DNA from: Candidatus Binataceae bacterium
Lineage (GTDB): Bacteria > Desulfobacterota > Binatia > Binatales > Binataceae
Length of the DNA: 64,000 nucleotides
Assembly (NCBI GenBank): GCA_030041155.1
Contig: JASHOJ010000187.1
Location: 1,446 to 65,445 of the forward strand
Reading direction: 5' to 3'
The translations under genes and the position numbers were made by a program. The notes beneath the pieces were generated by a model. That model did not search any database. It was not told where the DNA came from and saw only the letters and a program-made list of their open reading frames with translations. The number at the start of each line of letters is the position of its first letter. Position 1 is the first letter of the stretch. Positions 29,801-39,127 of this stretch are shown here, piece by piece.

Positions 29801-30193
29801 GAGCTTGTAGCCTTACATCTTATGGAGTCGGCGCTTCTGAATCGGCATTTGAGTGATTTTCTCGGCAGAAGGAGACCTGAGGTTGAAAGGGTCTCCTACG
29901 ACAACAAGACAATCTGGATCGACAAGGAGCAGGTCTGCGGTTTTCAGGGCGTGCCGGAGGTCGTCTGGGAGTTTCGCGTTGGGGGTTATCGGGTCTGCGA
30001 AAAATGGCTAAAGGACCGCAAGGGTCGCGTACTGTCCACGGAGGACATCGATCACTACCAGCGCATCGTCGTCGCTCTATCCGAGACTATTCGGCTCATG
30101 AAGGAAATCGACAAAGTCATCGAAAAACACGGCGGCTGGCCCGGTGCATTTTCCACTGACAACGTGGATTCGACCAGAAGCGCGAACGCGTAG
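26840..30193 (+). CDS. N6-adenine DNA methyltransferase with type ISP/IIG-like C-terminal specificity region
   Basis: RGVFYTP, LDPAVGTGTF, GNPPY, YRPFD, YEEFLKRDFPRLP and VWEFRVGGYRVCEKWLKDR; TGATG coupling to the helicase. Confidence 0.9.
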   Translation: MASALSGNANRLRDIKTFPSLVKYLRDDLDWPIDSDDFEDLTFEWEPEELGIDPASAAKIQEIKQLRPLSSDQPWGIFFVKFEPRRLPVVALRRILRALVVRKRVATAKAQQKTWSLHDLLFISSYGESDQREIAFAHFAEEPELGDLATLRVLGWDEDNAEERLQYTDAVLREKLRWPDDDRDLDSWRSRWSEAFTLRPGEVIRTAKAMAERLAELAVRIRKRVIEVLNYERERGQMRNLYVAFKEALIHDLTEDDFADTYAQTICYGLLTARFSRPAGLIAENLKDMVPPSTNPFLRELLGTFLKIGGRKDKLDFDELGITEVLQTLHAAKMEEVRRDFLERNPDEDPTIRFYEDFLKQYDPKRRTQRGVFYTPRPVVSYIVRSVHELLQSEFGLPEGLASTTTWGEMVKRHPSLKIPEGTAPSSPFVQILDPAVGTGTFLVEVIDIVHKTMLAKWERDGRKALEIPKLWNEYVSRHLLPRLHGYELMMAPYAIAHMKIGLKLHETGYRFGSDERARIYLTNSLEPPHDFSDRLAFDAPALAHEAKAVNAIKREQRFTVVIGNPPYSASISEPDWLMKALEQWKQGLNETKIDLNREEWKFLRLGQILCGKASLGLLGFVINRDYLDGVAKRKMRESLQESFPYRLIVDLNGDVKGNIADQNVFEITQGVCITILCRGDGDQHRFFSVIGNRDEKYSILSDKVALDRHLISFTPTPPYFRWIPPAGQRSADAENEYLQWYPVNELFQVYSSGIQTKRDGLCIHFSEKDLWSTVTRLNELTVAAARKEFDLPPDGRDWTVAAAKADISASGPNKRYITRLLYRPFDIRFTYWTGRTKGFAAYPRREVMQHVVGRHNIGMIFNRQVVGDGVSHFGVSRLPICHGTFYLGNKGQDYFAPLFIVRDDLISRSNPLLEPNFSTQFASALADVWRRTADKPAPSDVFNYAYAVFHSPIYRRRYEEFLKRDFPRLPLTGDAKLFQILARLGGELVALHLMESALLNRHLSDFLGRRRPEVERVSYDNKTIWIDKEQVCGFQGVPEVVWEFRVGGYRVCEKWLKDRKGRVLSTEDIDHYQRIVVALSETIRLMKEIDKVIEKHGGWPGAFSTDNVDSTRSANA

Positions 30194-30228
30194 TTCGGCC
30201 AGAACTTATCTGCTCGCAGGTTAAGCCG

Positions 30229-33200
30229 ATGCCAACCCCCTACGTTCGTCATGTCTCAGTCCGAGTTCCCTGGCAGGATGCCGTGTGGAATGGTCACGTG
30301 TGCGATGATCCCTTGGCTAACAGTTCCTGTCTCGCCCTGCGGTTGATCGCCGAGAATCGAGACGACGAGGTCGAGCAAGGACTCGCGAAGGAAGCATTTG
30401 ACGGACTCTCGCCGGAGCAGATGCCGCCTTGTCTTAGGAGCAGTGCCGCGTTCCTGTCCCCTCACTCGTACACGTTTAAGAGTGTGATGGAGTACTCAAA
30501 ATGGAGCCGCGACCACAAGCACATTCTGCCGCGTTCGGTTCATCTTCCGGCGTTTGGAGCACTGCTGATCCCTTATCGTTGGATGCTAAAGGAGAGCGGG
30601 TTTCAAATTGCCGAGAGTCTCGAACTGGACGCACACGCGGAGCGCGAGCCAAATAGACCATCCTGGCTGGTGAACACGAGCTGGGTTCAGCACCAGGACA
30701 ATCAACGAACCCTCCTCGATGCGTTCGCGAAGCCGCTCTTAGAAGATGAAACGCTAGTGTTCTTCTACGCGCCACGAACGCCACTTTGCGATGACGAGCG
30801 CCGGGCGCTTCTCGGAGTTGCTCTCCTCCAGAAGAAGTCCGACCTAGTTGAGTATCCCTACGAAGGTGGCAATCCAAACGGCCGCCTTCAGGCGATGGTA
30901 TGGGAACGGCCCATTCAGCATTCGTTGCGGCCACGACGGAAGAAGGGGACGGGATTCAGCGGAGGTTTCGTGATGCCGTATCACGAAGTCCTGGCGCTCG
31001 CAGAGCGCGACCGAACGGTCGATCCCGCCGAATTCGTGGCGTTTGTTCCTAACGACGTGCGCGTGCAGTTCTCCTATGGCAGCGAGCATGTTTCCCATGG
31101 TGTGGCGGCAACCGTTTTGACCGCTTCGAGGAATGCGCTGGAAAAGATTGGAACAAAGCTTGAAGGGCCATGGACTAGCTACATCAGTTGGATTGACGAA
31201 CGCCTCTCTCGCCTTTGGCGCCTACAAGGTCCCGCGCCAGGACTTGGTGTGACGTTGTCGGCGCTCCATAAGGGGTTCAATGGAACATTGTTCGCGGTCG
31301 CACTCTCGGATGTTCTCGGCGAAAACGAAGATCCATGGTCGGTCGTAGATAGGGTCCTATCGGGAGCACAGGACGCACCGCCCGGAGCACCGAAGATTAC
31401 GACAGTTCTTCGCCGACGCTGGGCTAACGTCAAAACCGATCCAAAGAGACTCGCGGCGCTGAAACTCCTCGCGCGCTTCGAACTGACAAATGATCAAGCT
31501 GATCGAGCTGTGAACGATTCTGAGCCTGCAAGGCTGTTGGGCAACCCTTACGTGTTATACGAGGACGATCGCAAAAGTTTCGACAGGGTGTCCTTTGCGA
31601 CGATCGATCGTGGTCTTTACCCAGGTGCTGAAATCGCCGCCGCGCATCCGCTATCTGCGGAATGCGACCGCAGTCTCGACGAACCGGACAATCCACTCCG
31701 CCTACGGGCCGCTTGTGTCCATATTCTCGAAGAGGCCGCTGCCCAGGGAGACACTATTCTACCTGCGGACCGTGTCAAAGATGCATGCGAGAAGCTGACT
31801 CTTTCCCGGCCGTTGCCTCTCGACGGCGAGTTGCTCGATATATTCCGAGACGATTTCAGGCCCGTAATTCAGGTCGGCGGTGAAAGGACGAAGCCGACCG
31901 CTCAACTGGAGCGATACGTTCACTATCGTGAAATCATCGAGCAGGCGGTCAAAAGCCGCCTCAAATCCAAGCCGAAGAGAGTCGTCGTCGACTGGAAAGC
32001 CTCTTTAATCCGCAAATTCGGGAAGCCCAGGCCGGGCGACGTCGATGAACTGCGCGCACGGCAGGAGAAAGAGGTTGCATTGGATCGGCTTACCGCAAGC
32101 CGAATCGCCACTTTGGTTGGCCCGGCGGGCACGGGTAAAACGACTGTCCTTGAGCTCTTGCTCCAGCAGGATGCGGTGGTCGGTACTCGGGTTCATCTTC
32201 TGGCGCCGACTGGGAAAGCCCGTGTCCGTCTCGCTCAGGAGACTAACCGACCCGGAGAGGGCGAAACCATAGCGCAATTTTTGTTGGCCTTGGAACGGTA
32301 CGACAAAGTGACGGGCCGCTATTTTCCCAATCCTTCAGCCGCTAAAGCCGAAGCGACGACCTGCATCGTCGATGAATCTTCGATGATGACCGAAGACATG
32401 CTGGCGGCCATCACCGATGCAATACCTGATAGTTGTCGTCTGATCTTGGTTGGAGACCCGTATCAGCTTCCCCCGATCGGCGCGGGGTGCCCGTTCGTGG
32501 ACATTATTGAGTTTCTCCGCCACAACCATGCGGAGGCCATAGGTGAACTAACAGTACCAAGACGGCAGGACACCAGCTCGCAAGACGGCCGTCGAACGAC
32601 CCCGCTAGAGCGATCGGACGTTCAACTCGCTGCGATCTTCTCTGGACGTGCGCTCCTTCCAGGTGAAGATGAAATCGCCGCTCGAATATTGACTTCTGCT
32701 GATGACGAATTTGTGAAGTGTCGCCGATGGGATCAGACGGCCGAGCTGCCGAGCCTTCTCAGAACGATCTTCAAAAAAGAATTCAGTGCGAACGATGACA
32801 CCCTACAGAGCAAGTTTGAAGAATTCCTTGGTGCAGTCACAAACCAGAAGGGATACCTCAACTTTGAAAATGGTTGTTCCGACGGGGCGTCCGATTGGCA
32901 GATCCTGTGCGTTACCAAAACTCAGCCCGGTGGCTCCATCCACCTGAACCGCCACATTAAGGAGACATACCGCAGCGAATGGCTAGAGAAAGCGATCGAA
33001 TCAAATCACGTTCCACACTTTCGAGATTGGTTTAGATTCATTAAGCCGCGGGGCCCGGAGCAAATCACATACGGCGACAAGGTGATTTGCGTGCGAAACC
33101 ATTTTCGGGGTCCTTGGATATATGCTGAGAGAACGAGAGGTCCCGAAGATGAATATATAGCCAACGGCGAAACCGGCATAGTGGTTGGACAGTGCGCCTA

Positions 33201-34017
33201 TGGTAAAAGCAATCCTCGCTTTACGCACGTGGAGTTCTCCGGGCGACCTGATCGCTCGTTCAGCTTTGGCCCTGGCGCCTTCCGCGAAGAAGGGCAGCCA
33301 TATCTTGAACTTGCTTACGCGATAACTGTCCACAAAGCACAAGGTAGCGACTTTGACACAGTGATTCTTGTGCTGCCGATGCAAAGCAGGTTGCTCTCTC
33401 GAGAGATGCTATACACGGCGCTGACCCGACAGAAGAGAAGAATCTGGATCCTGCATCAGGGGCCACTTGATAGCCTGTTGGCTTACCGCCATTACTCGTT
33501 CTCCGATATTGCAGCACGCTTCACGAACCTCCTACGCGAGCATCGACCACAGCAAGTGCCCAACCCAGTCGGCCTCCCGTCGGGTCTCCTGTCATTAAGC
33601 AGAGGGTTCCTCGAAGAACGCCTAGTCCATAGAACAGTTCGCGGTGAGATGGTTAGCTCTAAGTCGGAGCTCGCGATTGCCAATATTTTGTACTTACTCG
33701 AACGAGAGGGGCATTTGACATACGTAGTGGAGCCTCCATTGCCTTTTGCTGATAACGCAAAAGGCCGTTGGGCGGACTTTCAGATTAAATGTCGCAGCGG
33801 GACCTGGTATTGGGAGCACTGCGGAATGATGGATCACGAGAGCTATCGGCGGCGTTGGAAGCGGAAGGAGAGGCTATACCAGGAGAACGGCTTCACGCGT
33901 TACTCCGACGAGAATCCGTCTGGACACCTGATAGTCACAGAGGACGGATCGGGCCAGGGTCTGGACTCGCAGGCTATCGCCCTTCTGGCGCGCAAGCTCT
34001 TTGTCTCAGCGGATTAG
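30229..34017 (+). CDS. RecD-like SF1 helicase with large N-terminal domain and C-terminal PD-(D/E)xK-like nuclease
   Basis: GPAGTGKTT, DESSM, GDPYQLPPIG, YAITVHKAQGS and YTALTR; C-terminal SKSELAIAN..ADF..YWEHCG. Confidence 0.88.
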   Translation: MPTPYVRHVSVRVPWQDAVWNGHVCDDPLANSSCLALRLIAENRDDEVEQGLAKEAFDGLSPEQMPPCLRSSAAFLSPHSYTFKSVMEYSKWSRDHKHILPRSVHLPAFGALLIPYRWMLKESGFQIAESLELDAHAEREPNRPSWLVNTSWVQHQDNQRTLLDAFAKPLLEDETLVFFYAPRTPLCDDERRALLGVALLQKKSDLVEYPYEGGNPNGRLQAMVWERPIQHSLRPRRKKGTGFSGGFVMPYHEVLALAERDRTVDPAEFVAFVPNDVRVQFSYGSEHVSHGVAATVLTASRNALEKIGTKLEGPWTSYISWIDERLSRLWRLQGPAPGLGVTLSALHKGFNGTLFAVALSDVLGENEDPWSVVDRVLSGAQDAPPGAPKITTVLRRRWANVKTDPKRLAALKLLARFELTNDQADRAVNDSEPARLLGNPYVLYEDDRKSFDRVSFATIDRGLYPGAEIAAAHPLSAECDRSLDEPDNPLRLRAACVHILEEAAAQGDTILPADRVKDACEKLTLSRPLPLDGELLDIFRDDFRPVIQVGGERTKPTAQLERYVHYREIIEQAVKSRLKSKPKRVVVDWKASLIRKFGKPRPGDVDELRARQEKEVALDRLTASRIATLVGPAGTGKTTVLELLLQQDAVVGTRVHLLAPTGKARVRLAQETNRPGEGETIAQFLLALERYDKVTGRYFPNPSAAKAEATTCIVDESSMMTEDMLAAITDAIPDSCRLILVGDPYQLPPIGAGCPFVDIIEFLRHNHAEAIGELTVPRRQDTSSQDGRRTTPLERSDVQLAAIFSGRALLPGEDEIAARILTSADDEFVKCRRWDQTAELPSLLRTIFKKEFSANDDTLQSKFEEFLGAVTNQKGYLNFENGCSDGASDWQILCVTKTQPGGSIHLNRHIKETYRSEWLEKAIESNHVPHFRDWFRFIKPRGPEQITYGDKVICVRNHFRGPWIYAERTRGPEDEYIANGETGIVVGQCAYGKSNPRFTHVEFSGRPDRSFSFGPGAFREEGQPYLELAYAITVHKAQGSDFDTVILVLPMQSRLLSREMLYTALTRQKRRIWILHQGPLDSLLAYRHYSFSDIAARFTNLLREHRPQQVPNPVGLPSGLLSLSRGFLEERLVHRTVRGEMVSSKSELAIANILYLLEREGHLTYVVEPPLPFADNAKGRWADFQIKCRSGTWYWEHCGMMDHESYRRRWKRKERLYQENGFTRYSDENPSGHLIVTEDGSGQGLDSQAIALLARKLFVSAD

Positions 34018-34152
34018 TGCGGTTTAGTAAATAGGATCTCGTCAGAGAATCAGAGGACCGGCACGGCCGCCGCACAGTCCTTCGCGACATGGTGAAAAAG
34101 CTTTTGTTGTTCAAGTGATTCACGCGTCAGGACTGCAACTCGAGGCGCAGCT

Positions 34153-35298
34153 ATGGGGATTGCGAGCTATCAAGAAGACGATTTTGAGCGCTATACAGAC
34201 GCTCACTGGCGGGAGCTTAAATCCGCGCCCCAGGACCGACTTTATTTCTGCGATGTCTGTCGGGCTGAGTTCGCGAGCGAAGAGCAACGTGATCTACACC
34301 GGAGCGAGGTGCACTTGGCCGCGATTCCGCTGCTGCTGCTTGGAAATGTGGCGGCCCCCCACGAAATCCGGATCCGCAATCACAAGATGGCGGAGCAAGT
34401 CGGATTTCAAAACTGTCGCAAGCTTTCGGTTGCTCGCGACGGCCTTAGGCCGGTGCCCTACACCCCGACCCGACTGAAAGCCGAACTCGCGAAGGCCAAC
34501 CAGAGCCACTACCTGGTCCGTCCAGATGGTAGCGATGAGGAATACGTGATCTCCGTCCAGATTCCGGAAGCAGCGGTGCTGCGCGAAATTGATAGGACAT
34601 TCGTCGAATTGCTAGCAGTCGAAGCGCCGCGCGTTCAGGACATTGCCCGCTTCCGCGAAGTTGCCGCATCCATCGGTCGGGTCGGCGAATACAGCGGTGC
34701 GTTAGCTGATTACGTTATGGGCACGATCATCAAGGATCGGGATCACGCGCGCGGCGCCACGCTCGATTTTAATGAGTACAAGCCGAAGTACGAGTCCGCG
34801 CGCGCCATCCTTTTTGATTATGTGAAGGACGAGAGCCACCGCCCACCCGTCCCAGAGGCGGTCTGCGCGTCCATCAATTTTGGTCTTAACCAGTTTGACG
34901 GAACCTATCGTCCCGTCGGGATTCGGCTTCTCGACGACTGTGTCAGGTTTCTACTGCCACTTCTCGGTCCGACTACCAAGCTGCCAGACTTCACGCTCGT
35001 GTCACCCAGCCGGCATGGTGCCCCGATCTGTCCGCTCGATGGTGGCACGCATCATGTGCTGCAGGCCTTCGAGCGGATCAGCCTCAGCTCCGGTCGGTCA
35101 TTAGACGTGCTTCGGGAAGAGGCGGAAAAGGCCGAAAGCACCCTGCTTTCCGAGTATGACCGTGCGAAGCTTTACACGTTTACGGCGGTGGGACTTTTAA
35201 AGGCGGGCGATCGCAGCTCCTCTAAAAAGATACTCGCGCATCTCGTGAACGATTTTACTTTTAGCCGATGGGCCGAAGCTCAACTCTATTCCGCATGA
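34153..35298 (+). CDS. Hypothetical protein with N-terminal C2H2-type zinc finger
   Basis: YFCDVCRAEFASEEQRDLHRSEVH (Cx2Cx12Hx4H); 381-aa ORF. Confidence 0.75.
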   Translation: MGIASYQEDDFERYTDAHWRELKSAPQDRLYFCDVCRAEFASEEQRDLHRSEVHLAAIPLLLLGNVAAPHEIRIRNHKMAEQVGFQNCRKLSVARDGLRPVPYTPTRLKAELAKANQSHYLVRPDGSDEEYVISVQIPEAAVLREIDRTFVELLAVEAPRVQDIARFREVAASIGRVGEYSGALADYVMGTIIKDRDHARGATLDFNEYKPKYESARAILFDYVKDESHRPPVPEAVCASINFGLNQFDGTYRPVGIRLLDDCVRFLLPLLGPTTKLPDFTLVSPSRHGAPICPLDGGTHHVLQAFERISLSSGRSLDVLREEAEKAESTLLSEYDRAKLYTFTAVGLLKAGDRSSSKKILAHLVNDFTFSRWAEAQLYSA

Positions 35299-36407
35299 AT
35301 GACAAGAATATCCAGCAAAACGCTGCTGAAAAGACGGCTGCCGGCACCCGAGACAGCTCGCAGGCACACGATGATAGCTCTCACGCCGAAGGACCGTCAT
35401 CCCCCAGGCTGAATCAATCGGATGTCGGGGGTGCCCACATTCCTTCGGGACCGAGCCCAATGTCGGCTCCATCGCTTACAGGTTATTACTCAGCGCGGCG
35501 CGGCCAGCCGGGGGCCCTCGTTAAGGCGCTTCGCCTGGGACCCGGCACAGGGTTTCCGGATACCGAGCGACAAACAATTCTCGCCGATATCAGCCGACTT
35601 GATCCGTATCTAGCGAAGTCTGTCACTCTGGCCCAAGCTGCAACGGACGTGGCAAAAGATCGGGCCGTCTTTGATTGGATCGGTGAACTCGTCGTTTACG
35701 AACTCCGAGGTCATTGGGCGCCGGAAGCGGGCCTCTCCGCCGCAGAAACGTTCGATGAGATCTCCCGCTCGATACGCGCCCAGATGCAGCGAAAGGAAGC
35801 TCGCAAAAAGGGCTTCAACCTGCTGCTAACCGCACTCGCCTGGCTTGCGCCTCGCGGCCTCCAGCCCGAGGACGCTCTGAGAGCGATCGAACACGCTCTC
35901 ACCGTTGCCAAGCGGAGCAGCATTACAAGCGACGAGCGGCAGCGCCAAGCGATGGCAGAGCTGGTGAAGATCAAAGCCAGCCCCAAGCTTCTCAAGGCGT
36001 TGCTCCAGATTCTCGCTCCCTGGCGCACGCGTACTCTCGAGGTCGAAGCACAAGCCGCCGCGCACCGCGAAGAAGTGGCCGCCCTAAATTCCCGAATACA
36101 AGCGTTGGAAGGACGCGTTACGGAATCCAGGGAACTGACGACAAATCTCGAGGCGCGACTGGCGGATCACGGCCGTCTGCTTGAAGACCGTGAGCGTAGG
36201 CTAAGCACACAGCACAATCTTGCCCAATCGCAGCTGGCCCTTACTAGGGGAACGATTAACGGTTGGCTCGAAAACGAAGTGCGACCGCGCCTGGCAGATG
36301 CATTGGATGCGGTCGAGTGCGAGCCCCCGCGCCACGAGGTCTTGCGCGAGCGCTTAAAGGCGGTCCTGGCTTTGCTTGATCAGAAAAAAGGGGGGCACTG
36401 GGGATGA
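35295..36407 (+). CDS. Helical/coiled-coil hypothetical protein
   Basis: ATGA overlaps at both ends; heptad-rich C-terminal third. Confidence 0.75.
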   Translation: MNDKNIQQNAAEKTAAGTRDSSQAHDDSSHAEGPSSPRLNQSDVGGAHIPSGPSPMSAPSLTGYYSARRGQPGALVKALRLGPGTGFPDTERQTILADISRLDPYLAKSVTLAQAATDVAKDRAVFDWIGELVVYELRGHWAPEAGLSAAETFDEISRSIRAQMQRKEARKKGFNLLLTALAWLAPRGLQPEDALRAIEHALTVAKRSSITSDERQRQAMAELVKIKASPKLLKALLQILAPWRTRTLEVEAQAAAHREEVAALNSRIQALEGRVTESRELTTNLEARLADHGRLLEDRERRLSTQHNLAQSQLALTRGTINGWLENEVRPRLADALDAVECEPPRHEVLRERLKAVLALLDQKKGGHWG

Positions 36408-38260
36408 TTTTCGGCCTCGACTTTGGAACCACGAATTCGCTGGTGGCTCTGGTACAGGGTGACCGCGTAATCCATTTTCTGGACGGCAACGAGCCACATC
36501 CATCCGTAGTGTGGTACCGAAGCGGTGACGCTACTGTCGTTGGCCGGATCGCAAAAGAAAACCTGGGGTCGCGCCAGAGTGGCGTCATCGGTGACTTTGT
36601 GCGGTCGCCGAAATTCAATCTGGGAAAGGGCCATCCGGTGTATGTAGCTGGCCGGAACTTAGCGGCCAGCGATGTTGTGTCAGAAATTTTAGCGTTTCTA
36701 CGCAATGACGTAATGCGAGAAGAGCGCGGCCTGAAGGATATCAGTTTCGAGCGCGCCGTGGTCACAATTCCAGTCACCATGCATGGTCCGGCTCGGCAAG
36801 AATTACGCGAAGCCGCGCACAAGGCCGGACTTCGAATCCACCAGTTCGTTCACGAACCGCTCGCCGCTCTTTATGGCCATCTCCGCGCGCATCCTGATTT
36901 CAGACGCCGAATCGCCGAGCTCGAGAACAAAGTTGCTCTGGTTTTCGATTGGGGCGGTGGCACTTTGGATCTGACGCTCTGCAAGTTCATGCGCGGCAGT
37001 TTGGTACAGATCGCGAATCGTGGTGATACCGACGTAGGAGGCGACCGGTTCGACGAGGCAATCGCCGATTGGGTGCGTGAACGCCACAGAAGGCAACACT
37101 CCTTGCAGTCTGGCCGAGAGGACACCGAACTCGCCAAGGCCCGATTGATCGAGCAGTGTGAGCTCGCAAAAAAACAGCTTTCAATTCAAAACAGTACATT
37201 CATCTTTGTCAGAGACTTCATTCAGCGGTCTAGTCCAGAACACACACTCCAGGTAGCCATAACGGCCGACGACCTGAGCACTATTAGCGATCGCCTCGTC
37301 ACTCAGGGTCTCGAAAATATCGACAAGCTTCTGTCTTCGGCCGGCTATGATCAAAGGTCAATTGCATTTTGTCTGGCGACCGGAGGAATGTGCCGCGTTC
37401 CCTTTATTCAGCGGCGTCTTCAAGAAAAATTTGGCTTCGACCGTGTTGAAGCTCCGGAACATGCCGAATGGCTTATCGCCGACGGCGCAGCCTGGATCGC
37501 TCATGATGGCCTTCCCCTGGAACTGGCCAAGCCTTTCGAGCTTTATCACGCGGACAACACATACGTGCCGATACTGCACGACAAGCGAAGACTCCCAATC
37601 GAGAACGTCCAAGAATCGCCGGTATCGCTCCAGGTCTATTGCGTCGACCCGAGAGACGGTCTCGCTAAGCTCCAATTTGCGCGCCCAACCTGGCCGGGTC
37701 GCACGTCGCCTTCTGATCCGCGCCAGATCTATACGACCCAGACTCTCAAGGTCGACCCCAATGCTCCGCCATTTGTCGAACGAATCATGCTCGACATCAC
37801 GATCGATCACAACCTGGTTGTCAGCGTTCGCGCCAGATCTGGTGAGGACGACAAACTTACTGAGGTGCATGACCTGGAATTCGGCTTGCATCTCGGCCCA
37901 GCGTCAAACGCGGGGTCGTCCGATCGGGCCGGAGGAGGTTCGTCCAGTAACGACCCGCTACCCACTGCAAGCAATCAGACCATAGGGGCGGTCCGGATTC
38001 GATCCAACGTCCTTCTTCAGAGTCATGAAATAAATGGCGGTTATCGCTGGGACTTGGTTCCAGGTGACATTGTCGAGCAATACTCTCCTCGCTACTGGCC
38101 AATCGTCCTTAACGCGCGCCAAATAGGCGAGAAAATGTATTACGTCCCGTGTGCATTGTGTCACCAAGGAATCTACGAAATTATGCTTCGAGGATGCAGC
38201 GAACCACGATGTCCGGAGAGCCGCAGATCCCATCCCACGACCCAGTCGGCGCGGCACTAA
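36404..38260 (+). CDS. Atypical Hsp70-family protein with Cys-rich C-terminal extension
   Basis: GLDFGTTNS, VHEPLAA, VFDWGGGTLD, GGDRFDE and TGGMCRVP; C-terminal CALC..C....C. Confidence 0.9.
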   Translation: MIFGLDFGTTNSLVALVQGDRVIHFLDGNEPHPSVVWYRSGDATVVGRIAKENLGSRQSGVIGDFVRSPKFNLGKGHPVYVAGRNLAASDVVSEILAFLRNDVMREERGLKDISFERAVVTIPVTMHGPARQELREAAHKAGLRIHQFVHEPLAALYGHLRAHPDFRRRIAELENKVALVFDWGGGTLDLTLCKFMRGSLVQIANRGDTDVGGDRFDEAIADWVRERHRRQHSLQSGREDTELAKARLIEQCELAKKQLSIQNSTFIFVRDFIQRSSPEHTLQVAITADDLSTISDRLVTQGLENIDKLLSSAGYDQRSIAFCLATGGMCRVPFIQRRLQEKFGFDRVEAPEHAEWLIADGAAWIAHDGLPLELAKPFELYHADNTYVPILHDKRRLPIENVQESPVSLQVYCVDPRDGLAKLQFARPTWPGRTSPSDPRQIYTTQTLKVDPNAPPFVERIMLDITIDHNLVVSVRARSGEDDKLTEVHDLEFGLHLGPASNAGSSDRAGGGSSSNDPLPTASNQTIGAVRIRSNVLLQSHEINGGYRWDLVPGDIVEQYSPRYWPIVLNARQIGEKMYYVPCALCHQGIYEIMLRGCSEPRCPESRRSHPTTQSARH

Positions 38261-38303
38261 ACCTTTGATCGCAATAATAGTGACTGCCCTTGAGTCATAG
38301 GCA

Positions 38304-39119
38304 ATGCCAGCTACAACACCGAATATCCGTCGGGAGCTTGCTCGTCGCTACCGTGACTGTCCAATCGATTGTCCGATGTTTCAAGACGAGCTGATTTCCA
38401 CGCTGAGCGATTTCTTCGGTGTGTTTCACTCTTTGTTGGAGCCAGACAAAGTGTTTTGGTTTCGAGGCCATCCACGACTGACGCATTCACTCGCCCCTTC
38501 AGCGCTTCGATACACCGAGCAAGAGAAGAGGGATACGGCGCTCCGTCTCGTAGCTGATATGAAGCGCTTCCTGGACATGAAGTTAGGCCGCCCGCCGGCT
38601 CCCGACGATGACCTCGGGTGGATTCAGGTTGCGCAGCATTATGGACTACCCACACGACTGTTAGACTGGACTCAGAATGCAGCGGTGGCACTCTTTTTCT
38701 CGTGCAGCAAAGACATCGATTCGGATGGCTTGGTCGTAATCCTTAATCCTATCGAACTCAATCAAAGTGCCGATCCTCGCTCGCCACGCGTGTTCAATAT
38801 GGAACGAGATGCCAGAATCATCAGACCATACTTGAAGCTCGACGGCAGAATACGACCTTCGGGCAAGCGCACAATCGCAATCAACCCAACCTGGAACACC
38901 GAAAGAATCGCTCTACAGCAAGGTGTCTTTACTCTCCACGGTTCGCGAACCTTTGCGTTGGATCGCGGTCAGGCAAGCTCCCTCCTATACGTACCTATAT
39001 TGCGCGAGCACAAAAGCGCTCTATTAAACGAGTTGGAGCGTGTTGGTATCGGTGAGATGTTCATTTTTCCGGAACCGGAACATGTGTGCTCTCACCTCCG
39101 GCGAGGTGCCGGATTGTAA
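38304..39119 (+). CDS. FRG-domain protein
   Basis: FWFRGH, L.PSALR, AQHYGLPTRLLDWT and ERIALQQGVFT. Confidence 0.92.
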   Translation: MPATTPNIRRELARRYRDCPIDCPMFQDELISTLSDFFGVFHSLLEPDKVFWFRGHPRLTHSLAPSALRYTEQEKRDTALRLVADMKRFLDMKLGRPPAPDDDLGWIQVAQHYGLPTRLLDWTQNAAVALFFSCSKDIDSDGLVVILNPIELNQSADPRSPRVFNMERDARIIRPYLKLDGRIRPSGKRTIAINPTWNTERIALQQGVFTLHGSRTFALDRGQASSLLYVPILREHKSALLNELERVGIGEMFIFPEPEHVCSHLRRGAGL

Positions 39120-39127
39120 GGACAGTA

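Noticed and set aside
23616..34017. Canonical DISARM or BREX
   Set aside because: No DrmA/DrmB, PglZ or BrxC recognisable
36404..38260. Housekeeping dnaK
   Set aside because: Divergent motifs, no DxLLLD linker, no grpE/dnaJ context, and located in mobile cargo
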